Assembly: GCF_964204645.1 (NCBI RefSeq)
Contig: NC_134029.1
Location: 3,968,001-4,032,000, forward strand
Direction of reading: 5' to 3'
From: Tubulanus polymorphus
Lineage: Eukaryota; Animalia; Nemertea
DNA: 64,000 bases
Part shown: positions 53,772 to 64,000 of the stretch, one piece after another
Layout: each line of letters begins with the position of its first letter
How positions within the stretch are numbered: position 1 is the stretch's first letter
Program-made: the position numbers and the translations under genes
The notes under the pieces: generated by a model
Told to the model about the DNA's origin: nothing
Databases searched by the model: none
Seen by the model: the letters and a program-made list of their open reading frames with translations, nothing else

Positions 53772-56700
53772 TTGATTATTTACATCAGTACAGAATGAAG
53801 ACACAACCTTATATCCCAACATTTTTGAATCGAAAGCTTTTATTCAGAAGCATTTGAATTTCAACCGTTTTCTCAATCCAGTTAAAATCTTTAAGTTACT
53901 CGAAACCGTTAGCTGTTAACGTATGATATCATAGCTATTTTGTTCCGGGCAAAACTTTATACTTAACTTAAATATGTCTTAAGGATACGGGGATAATAGA
54001 CCGAATAGTTTAAAATCAGGGCTTTTTATTAGTCGGCCATATTCCATGTTTTAAGTTTTCTAAAACTTTAAAACCTCTTCGCCGTGTATGTGTACACCGA
54101 TACATAGAAACAGGTATAATATATAAACTGAAACAAAAAGTAGAAGGGGAATGAAAGGCTTGGGCAGAAAAAAGAGAAAATATCATTTGCAACTGACATC
54201 CGCGTGTACGAAGTTTGGTTCGACTAGTTGTAGTACCGCGCAAATAATTTCATTTCGACGAACCAAAAGAAATCTATAAAACAAGTCGTTAAAGTTGAAT
54301 GCCGCCGGGCAACATCATAACCCAAGTAACGAGCTGCTAAATGTGAGTTACTTTAAAATGCATAACACAATCACAATAATATGTCGTCTTGGCGCGTTTA
54401 GCCAATAACGTCTAAATCAAGCAAAGATTGGATAGGCTTTTCGTAATTTCACAGAATTGATTCGGTTGAGCATCGTTCTCCGGTAAGCCCTACAAGCGTC
54501 GATTGGTTTTTTTTCGTAAATCGTATCAGAGCTCAGAAATCCATTAGTTAGTGCATTAAGGAGCAAATAAAGTAATGAACATAGCCAGGAATTAATAAAA
54601 ACCTCATTGGCAGCTGCAGACCGTTAATTCAGCCGCAATTACATCTGAAATTTCAGATATTTGTACAGCCGAGAAGGCTTGATTGCTGGCTTAAGGCGCT
54701 ATCTAATCGGCAATGAAGTTTTTCATATTTTATACGCGGAAAAGTTTTCGCGCTCGCGCCATTCTGCGGAAGCGCCCGGGGAAATTTTCTCCGATTGGAT
54801 ATTTGTGACAATATCAGTGTGTTCCTAACTTAAACATAATTTGTAAGGGTGTTATATAAGCTGCTTCCAGGTAAACCTTTTAAAATAAATCAATTGCCTA
54901 TGATTTACAAGTCATTTTCTAGAATGAAGAAATGTGAACATTTTGGTTTTCTTATTTTTCGTTTAAGGTCACTGGTCTTGGACTAACGCTACAAATATGA
55001 CACAAAAAGTTCGAGTAATGTAATAGCAACCATGCTGAATACAACGCCACACGTCCAACAAACGCAAATTTAGATTCGGGCGTCATTTTGACGAGTTAAT
55101 ATTTAAATGATGGAATATTTCAGTATTGCTAAGGACTGTGACATGAACCACAAAGCTCAGAAATCTTCGGTAATTAATTACTGTCTTGGAGCGATAAAGC
55201 GAATAAATAAAGCAAATCATGATTGTGCAACGTTCGTGGAATGTGAATATTGGAAGCAATATCTGCGGGCTGAATAGCTAAATCAGCCTAATCACCGCCA
55301 GTATAGACAGTAGCAATTAATCCGCGTAGTAAACTTGATAGAATAACTGTCGTTGAGAATGTGGAGAATGTACGACTCGAACTTGTCTCACTTGAATTAT
55401 ATTTGATTCGTTACTAAGGATCCTAACAACTCATTTCCTTTCTGTATATACACCATCACCATATCGGTGATTAGGTATATCATGAACTCTTGTTTATGCG
55501 TCCATGGGCATGTAGATGAGATGACTTGACCACCTACATGACATGACTGTGTCCCAAATGAATATAGATTCATGGAACTACCTTGTTCATTCAATTATAT
55601 GGATGTTATTGTTTAAACTTATTGGCTTATTCGTGAAAAGTGTCATCATACGTACGTTGAGTAGCTCTGATTACTGAAATTTTGGATCTTCAAAGGTTTC
55701 AAGCAGTTTTAAGTTAGTTTGGTTTCAGTATCAATGATTTATGATATGAATAGCTAAGTGTGACATGAACGATCCCACGTGTTTCTTGTACGCATATCTG
55801 AAAAGTATGTACATCATTTTGAAACGTTTCAGTTTTTTGCACTCCGTTAGTTTCATGATTCTAGTCTGTCCTGACAATATTGAGTTGTTATATGGCGTTT
55901 CGTTACTTTGCGTCGGGGTTATTGATAAAACTAACATTATGTTTCACAAAGAATCCGTCTTTTCATCGCTGCGAATCTCATCAGTTTGCGTTTATCAAGT
56001 AATCACTATCGCGTTTCAAGATGTGGTTTAGCTTTACTTTTTGTCCGCGATAAATAGGCAATCATCGAGAATAACGCTAATCTCAGTCGATCTCCTCTGA
56101 CAAGATCGATACGGCTCCCAGTTCTCTCAGACTGGGGAGTATAATCCTGTCTCTCTCACGGTATCGATGGCACGCATTCCGAGAGCGCTTAGGCCGCAAA
56201 CGGTAGTCAGAAAAGCGAGGCCCCGCGCGTTACGAATACACGTGTTATACCATATCAGGATCAAACGCCTTTGCAGTATCGACGAAAATAGCGCGCCGTC
56301 TGCGATTGTTGGCATAAATGGATACTTCGATTTTGCTCTCGACTCACAATGGAATCGATGCAGGAATTAGATATCAGATAAACCTGATCAAATATAGTGG
56401 TTAAATCGACAGCGATTCCTCAATCTCTCTCGCGACACGACACAAATCGATCAGGTCTATATTAATAGCGAATTATATAATGTTTCTATTTATCGTTTGT
56501 GTGATTCCTCTCCACGTGATATCGGATCATTTCGTGTTTACCCACATTCGACGAGCGGCGCTTCATTAGTCACCATTGTCGTCGGGGATTTTGTTCCCAA
56601 TGAAAATTGTGGCAGTTTAAATTGCATTTACTGCCGTTATTATAAACACGTTTGTTCGTACGTTTGAATATATACATACGTGTACGTGCTGATATCTATT

Positions 56701-59700
56701 TATTCGTACTATATCAGAGAATCCACCCGTATTCCATCCGTAATAATTCATTACCATGAAACATAATTAATACCTATGGCGCGTACTTTTGAATACACTC
56801 CCTCGCAAATGAACATCTGAAATCACAAAAGATCTTCATCCATACGCGTCTGCCACGAGTCCTATGAAACACTCAATTGCAATATTTAACCCAATTTCAA
56901 ATCGTGTTGGTCAATACGAAGTTTGTGACCTTCCTATCATGGTTTAATGATTTGAATTTTTACCGAAAAAAAATACGAAATGAAATAATTTTTCCAATCT
57001 ACACAAAAGTGTTTATACAGCTTTGTGTAAACAGAAAAAGAATCGAAACCAATTGAAACGAAACCGTGGAAACCCCGAAATTTCCAGAAAATAGCCACGG
57101 GCGTCGCCATCGGCTATCTTCACGATTTCTGAGATTCATTATTGGAAACAAAATATACCACTGATGGCGTGTATTTCATGTATCGTTAAATTCATTACCT
57201 AATCCACGTAATTCAACTAAAACGTTTATTTGTCGGCCATTGAAATTCGAATACCCCTTAATAAGCGGTATTATAGTGACTTTAAGATGATAATCTGTAC
57301 ACAATGCGTCCTATTACACGACACTCTAAGACGTTTTCCAAATCTATTCAATGTCTACGGGTTTGATAATTATTTCACCTGTTTTTACAAATTCGAGATT
57401 TAAATTAACCGATAATCGTATCGGGCCGAGTTTGTTGAATTATATAAGTCACTACAGGGAGCGAGGACCCCTATAGTTTTTACATATTGTTGACCATTGA
57501 TATCTGTTAAATCTCTACCATATTTTCTTTAACCTAATGTTCGTGTTGCCGCCTGTTCATGATTCTTGTTTTGACCGTGGCTAAGCGATCAGCATTTCCT
57601 CGCTTCCCAGTGTGGGTGTCGGTGACGCTATTACGCGGACGGACTATTAGTATTGAAACAAACTATCATTAGTCAATTTTATCGAAATCTAAAGGTGACA
57701 CTTTCAGCAGCACTTTCGGCAGCCTGAGGTCTCCACAGTGACAAAGAAGCTTATTGACGATTCGCACGTCGATTGTGGATCCTTTTTATTTTTTGTTTCT
57801 TTGTCAAAAGTGTTCTACCTACGACGAGTTTACTGATCTGTACATAATAATCACGGGAAAAAACGCGACGTACTTTTTCGGTCAATAGACATTAAAGAGA
57901 GTGTATACCGAATATTGCCAGGAATCATCACAGAACACACCAATAAAGCTCCGTCATCTTTGGTACGTTGCTTCCTCTCCGTATCTTCAATATCCGCCAA
58001 CTCAGGCTCTATCGGATGCATCGGCAAGCAGAGTCGGAAATGTACATTCTTCCCTCTAATGTAAACAATGCGGAATTTAATTAAAGGTCTTCTAACCGAA
58101 TATAAAGTCAGTTAATCTTAACGTACGGCTTTGATCGTTAATCGTGTTCGCTCGTCGTCTGACGAGAGATGCGGATTGTAAATATACATTCCATAACGAC
58201 ACAGCAGACACAAGTGCAGCCAGCAACATTAATTAAATTCCCATCAACTCGGCTTTAATCTAATGCGTACAAACGACACATCAAATTGAAATACGATGTT
58301 TGAGGTAGACGCCGGGATAAAAAAATGGAGCATTTATTTTTCCATAGCTTATCATCGATCAATTTCCGCTATGAATTTGTATTATTTCTAAATGACTCAG
58401 TAATTAAACGATATGTGGTCCCTAACCTCACCAAATTTATAGCCATCTGGCTCGGCCAAAAACGGGATTGTTGAAACCACTGGAGGAAAACTGATCAAAA
58501 ATGTTTCAAAACCCCGTTATAAAGTCAGATCCCTCGAAATATTAGATGAATTGCTTTTGAAATGATGTGGCAGATCGTATGTAGAGCAGTTGGTAACATA
58601 TACTATGATAGAACAGGTGAACAGGTGAATTTCAGTGGGTTTATTGTACAACAGGTGCTTTATTCAATAGAAACGACCCCCGTGAGTCTAACATGAGCGT
58701 GCGGTCAAAATCTTAATAATGCGTTTGTGATGATGGTTTTGAATATCAAATGACCAGTCGGGGTCACTAACCTAACTGACCGATTTAAATATGGTGGTCG
58801 ATGTTCCTTAAATCGGTCAATGCGCCACTGTGCAACAGATGCTCCAGTAGAACACCCTATTGTGTCTTAGAATACTGATGTCGAAGGACATGAATAAACG
58901 AACAATTGAAATGAAATATGGCAAGGCAAACCAGCTGGTGAAATTTTTTTCAGTTCATAAAAGTATGTTATGAGTACACTATTGAATAAATGTATACGAA
59001 CAGTTCCGAGGTAACTTAGATAAATTCTGGGTGACAAAGAGTTGGCAGAGGCTAATTGTTGTGATTGCGGTTACAGCTCAATCTGTTAGAAAGATTATCG
59101 AAATTTCAGACACTTTTCACGTATTTAAACTGAGTTTAAGTATCATTAACATCTTCGTGTTTCGGAGTAATTTTCCGAGTTCGAAAACCATAAACGAGTG
59201 TGATCAAAACCCATTACGAAAACATCAATTTCCCTCGTTGAATCCCTTAGTGACAAAACACTGCCTTATCGTCGTTTCATTGGACAAAATCCTTCCGAAT
59301 ACAGATTAGACGATTTGTAATAGATAAAATCTGCGTGATCCAAACAAAATTATAAGCGCTTATCGTCTTCGAGACAAAATAGACATCGAAAACAATACAA
59401 GATTAAATATAATCCATGAAATATGTTACGTAAGTCATATATGAAATACAAGATTCGTGAAATTTCATTCGTGCCCAAATATGATAATAGAGCGATTGGT
59501 TTGAGCGCGAGCCTGCCGTATGGTCCGTTCAGTGAACTATTCACAGGCTGCCGTAGCAACAAAAAATATTAATGCGAGTTCTCAGTTAATCTCTCTGAAT
59601 CTAATCTGTTGAAGATGATGTTATGATTTGTGCGGTGTCATTGAAAGCCATACGGGCTGCAGGCCATGGTGGTGTTTGTATTGTTTCTTTGAGAATTCTG

Positions 59701-62700
59701 TTATAATTCAAGTTTTGTCGCCTTAGTCATGATGATTGATATAGTACATTGTAACGCGTCACGGATAACATCACGGACAGATAGATAGATCATGTAGATA
59801 TCCATCTATAACGCGCACGTTCCTATGATGACAGCCTTTATTTTGCGAACTTCACCACATTCGAATAAAACTTTTGAAAATTCTGCCCGCTAACTTATAT
59901 CCCACCAATTCCGAACGTAGAACATACGATTAGTAGTTTGACGGAAACTTTGTCATTGCGCTGAAAAAATGGCTCAATCGATTCTCAATTCATTAGTGAA
60001 ACGGAGACTCTTCACAACTCTATACAAATCTTGTCGTAGGTATCTAATCAATTCTCGAATATATTTCTCATGAAATGATTCAGATAACGCATTCCAAATT
60101 CTGTATCGCAGATCCGGTGTGCTTGAGAGGGTCGCATTGTATAAACGATAATATCGTTAGTAACTAATAAACCAGTATTGTGTTCATAATCAGGTTTATT
60201 AAGGGGTGAAACTATGACCAACGAAAGATTATCCCTTGTAAACAAGTACACTTGTTCAATGAATGAGCGGACACGAAAAATTCCAGCAAAGGCGTTTAAT
60301 TGTTTTGATTAGAAAATTGTATAAGCTCATATTTCTATAGAAGAACTCCCTATTAATTTCATCCGATTTAGATTACGTTTGTTTACAGTCTATATTCGCA
60401 GTGACGCTTATTTTGTGTAAATTCTTGCATGTATGGTTGTGTGAAATCTGTTGATAACGTAATGAAAAATTATCCCGACAATGAGCTACAGGTCACGGAT
60501 GCATCCAGTTCCGCACTTGAGAATTTAGATTCAACTTGAGCTGATTGAAAATGGAAACTAATACTCAAATTACAGTATAACCATTTTGTTTAGATTTCCA
60601 TTGCGATTTACAACCCAACCACATTTCTTCTTCTTCTTCCGATATCTGTCAACATCAACATTTAACAGGAACCCGACCAAAATCTAAAACACCGTTGCAC
60701 TCTGATGATACAAATTTTTTTTTAGTTATAAGCACGTTTGTCGTTCCTCGCGCACTGAAGCAGTATTATCAGAATATAGCAGAATTATCGGGAATGAGAA
60801 ATAATAGATATGTACCTGGTGCGATCACGAGTTTCCGCGACATTGTATAGATGATGTAAAGGTTAAACGATGGAGGAGACGGCTTCATAATAGATTTCCC
60901 GGAGTTGAATTTAAGTTTCATTTGAACAATAGAATCGACACACGGTTTCGTTAAAGACACGTGATGAATTTCAGGCACCATTCTCATATCATGATGTGTC
61001 TGTTTTTGACATGTTTTCACTGTAAAATGATTCCTAATTGAATTATATTCAGGTCCAAGTATTAATTGAAAGGATGACAGATTTTGCTGACACAACCACT
61101 GATGACACAACCGCCCATATTAAAGGCATCTTAAGGCGTGGCAACTAAGATATAATGATGATATCTATTTGTTGCGAGTGCTGTTATAAGTAAATTAATA
61201 TTGATATATCAAATTCCATCGTGGACACAAAAGACTTTTAAGTAGTGAAGTAAAGGGGTTAGATCCCCCCCCCCCCTGTAAGACTCGTGTTTGGAGACAT
61301 GTGTCCATAAACTAGTTCAAACTCGAAGCTGGCTCTTTTCAACTTGGTATCAATCTGGACCGTCGATTTAATCAGGTAAACCTCCCCGATCTTATCAACA
61401 CAACGACCTTTAATTTTTCTCAATGATGAGTTTTCCGTGCTGACGGGTAATGACAAGAAAACAGCGCGCCTTGTCGCCGTTATTTTCTGTTTGCCGGTTT
61501 GAAAAAAAATCCAACCCAGAAAGAAATCTAATATTGATTTCATTACCGGGAAGCCGCATTTCAATGGGTGATTCGATCAGAATAAATAGTCGGCCATCTT
61601 TTGTGCGGCGTACGAGTGTATTTAAAATTAGTATAAAAACGTATCGAATTGCCTTTCAATTATATCCTTGTCAACTTTATACGCATTCACCGAGTTTTCT
61701 AAGGCGAATATATTGCGACAATAGTAAAAAGCTTATTATAACTTCTTTCGATTGGTAGCGACATAATAAGATCATATCTAGTATAAAGCGTTTGCAAATT
61801 GACATATACGTGGTACTTTGTGACTCTGAAATCAGCTATTGAACGCTTTTGTAGGAATGTCTATTTTGTTGTATGATTACATAGTATTCACAGGTGTTTT
61901 TTCTACATAATGACCACGCTCTTCAGTTTGGAAATAATTTTATAGGAATACCGTCTTTTATTATTCGCGAATGGGCTTCTTGTGAATGCTTACAGTGGCC
62001 AATATGAACTGGCTATTGTACACATCGACAGTGCTTTGGGGTTTAGGTCTGTTCTCCAAATAGGATAACCATGAAGAGGTCCTCCGATAATAGACCTAAA
62101 CGTCAATCACCTTAAGTGGCTTTTGTTGGTAAGAAATTACTCCTGAATTTGTATTACATATCTTTTCAAGTTGATAATAGCTGCCTTTTGACACGCCAAA
62201 AACTCGTCCGCGGCTTCAGTTGAGTTGTTCTTAAAGAAGCTGCCGAGTGCACCCCGAAGTTTGGACGAAAACTCCCATTTAATCAATTCATCATCACTGT
62301 GTATAGCGAGTTTAGATAGTCGCAACTCGCTCGGGGGTTCGTATCAAGGACTGTGGTTGGATTTAAATCCTGCTTATGATTTTAGCCAGAATCTAAGGAT
62401 AATTTGCTGGGTGGGGAGCCCTATTGAAAACGGTCACAATACTTCATTTATAACTGTAGCGAGCCTCTAGGCCGATTAAGTCCTAAGTAGCTTTATAATT
62501 CAAATAATATAGCTTTTCAACGCTAATTATATAAACTATTATCCAGTGTCCTCTATACCGTAATTTTCAATTTTCCGCTTAGTTTTGTTTGTATGGGAAT
62601 GGCGTCCGGGTTGAAGGAGATGGAATCTTTCTTGATTCGGGAATTTTTTTCATAGACAGCTGTTCATTCGGTTTCTAATGATAGGTTTGACGTGAAATGG

Positions 62701-63499
62701 AAAAAAATTGTGGTTTCCGGCAACGGATCACTTTTTATCAACGGATTAACTACGCTGGTCATTCACCAGGGAGCCACTTTGACCTTGACATTGTCAACCT
62801 TTTCAACGTCATTGGTTTCACTGTCATCATCAGTTTCCTTTTTTCACATTTTAGACCTTATTTTGATACTGCAAAAGTGCATTGGGAGATTTAGATTTTC
62901 TAACCTCTGATTGCTTCACGTGAGGCAGTTTAACCCCAAGACCCTTCACAATGTTCCCATAGAAAATATAATACCAGAAGCAATAAAAATTAAGCAATAT
63001 TTGGTAAAAAGGTATAAGGAATGCATCTTATCGTCTTATTGTTAACCGTATAGGGGCACTGATAACGAAGCAATATTTGCAAAAAGGGCATGAGCGATGC
63101 ATTTTCTTCACGCGAGACAACTTAGGCACCAAGATCGACAGAGGCAGAGGAAATACAAACCAGAGGCAATAAAAAAAAGGTTACGTACAATAAAAGCAAT
63201 ATTGGTAATATGAAAGTAATCGTCTTTATCAGTCAATGTTAATGTGTTGTGGTTTTTTTTCGTAGGAGTTATTCACGGGTAACGTGGATGCGTTTTCTCG
63301 GTTTACTGGCGTACAGTTAATATCCGTGCAATTATCGTTAATCACCGCATATCGAACGCCGTAATTACAGTTAATCGTGACGCGAAACGACGACCAGCAG
63401 ATCGAACGTCGAAACCACGCCTTCGACGCTTTGTACGTTAGAAGCGGCGTTTATCATCTAGCTAATACAGCGACATGTCGCGAACGCGATCATAACGAG

Positions 63500-63600
63500 C
63501 TTTTGTCCAATGAGCGCGCGACATTTCATCGGCCAATCAGTTAGCGCAGCGCGATTGGTAATGTCGGTCCAAACAAACATTCGATTATAAACTCGGATTA
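63500..63600 (+). promoter_or_regulatory. Core promoter of the right-hand homeobox gene
   Basis: CCAAT at about 63507 and 63533, ATTGG at about 63554, and TATAAA at 63586-63591, about 200 bp upstream of ATG 63786. Confidence 0.55.
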
Positions 63601-63785
63601 TTGTTACAATAATGACTATTTAACGGGAATTGACGCCAGCGATCGCCACATATCTTTTTCGGACGTCGAAAAGACCAAATCACGGATTACTTAGCTCTCA
63701 TACTTAAGCGCACCGAAGAACTATCTCGCATATTATATCCATCACATCTGACTGTGCACGGGTGGTAAACTATCCAAAACGGAAA

Positions 63786-63936
63786 ATGATGACAGAACGA
63801 CCGCTGCAAACCTCAATTCAGGGAAAGTCGAAATCGTACAGCATTGATAGCATATTGGGCAACATTAGATCGGATAGGAATCCGGACCCACCGTCCCCAG
63901 TTCGTTCACCGTTAGGATCGGAACACTGTTCTCGTG
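63786..63936 (+). CDS. First coding exon of an eh1/octapeptide-bearing homeobox-type gene, probably homeobrain (rest outside the window)
   Basis: MMTERPLQTSIQGKSKSYSIDSILGNIRSDRNPDPPSPVRSPLGSEHCSR, then a strong phase-1 donor G|GTAAGT at 63937. YSIDSILG (63837-63860) is an eh1/octapeptide. The homeobrain identity is inferred from head-to-head linkage to Rx; the homeodomain is not visible. Confidence 0.72.
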
Positions 63937-64000
63937 GTAAGTTACCGTTCGACCGAATAGTTTTATATTTTCATAACTTGTTAAGAAATACATATGGCAC

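Noticed and set aside
60874-60888. 14-nt match (GGAGACGGCTTCAT) to the MCT last exons
   Set aside because: The similarity does not extend beyond the seed, so it is likely chance.
47000-63000. Numerous 60-115 aa ORFs in the six-frame track
   Set aside because: They show no recognisable domains, many start at non-ATG codons, and their composition is typical of AT-rich non-coding DNA.
46600-63500. Otx-type TAATCC/GGATTA sites upstream of Rx (e.g. 52225, 53592, 55318, 56142, 57200, 62743)
   Set aside because: The number seen is no higher than expected by chance at this AT content, so enrichment cannot be claimed without conservation data.
1-64000. Prokaryote-type systems (CRISPR arrays, operons, defence islands)
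   Set aside because: The sequence is spliced eukaryotic DNA, and I saw no regularly spaced repeat-spacer array.

Overview
AT-rich, intron-dense animal genomic DNA. It is probably from an invertebrate (inferred from the compact introns, abundant CpG and Penelope/Harbinger-type relics). Left to right: (1) Nup98-Nup96 (minus strand, 26 coding exons visible, 3' end off the window); (2) two tandem SLC16/MCT transporter paralogs (minus); (3) tRNA-Val(CAC); (4) a WHAMM/JMY actin nucleation factor (plus); (5) the retinal homeobox gene Rx (minus), bracketed by two identical tRNA-Gly(TCC) genes; (6) about 18 kb of non-coding DNA with Harbinger-type MITEs, a Penelope-type minimal hammerhead ribozyme and two CTCF-like motifs; (7) at the far right, the first coding exon (eh1/octapeptide YSIDSILG) of a divergently oriented homeobox gene, probably homeobrain, which the ORF track misses. 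The most intriguing signals are RNA structures. One long hairpin bulges out exactly the GU of the Nup98 donor after the second GLEBS exon, and the intron on the other side of that exon is GC-rich and structured. Both MCT paralogs share a cUUCGg-hairpin, poison-exon-like block in intron 1. All gene models were read by eye; no database searches were run.
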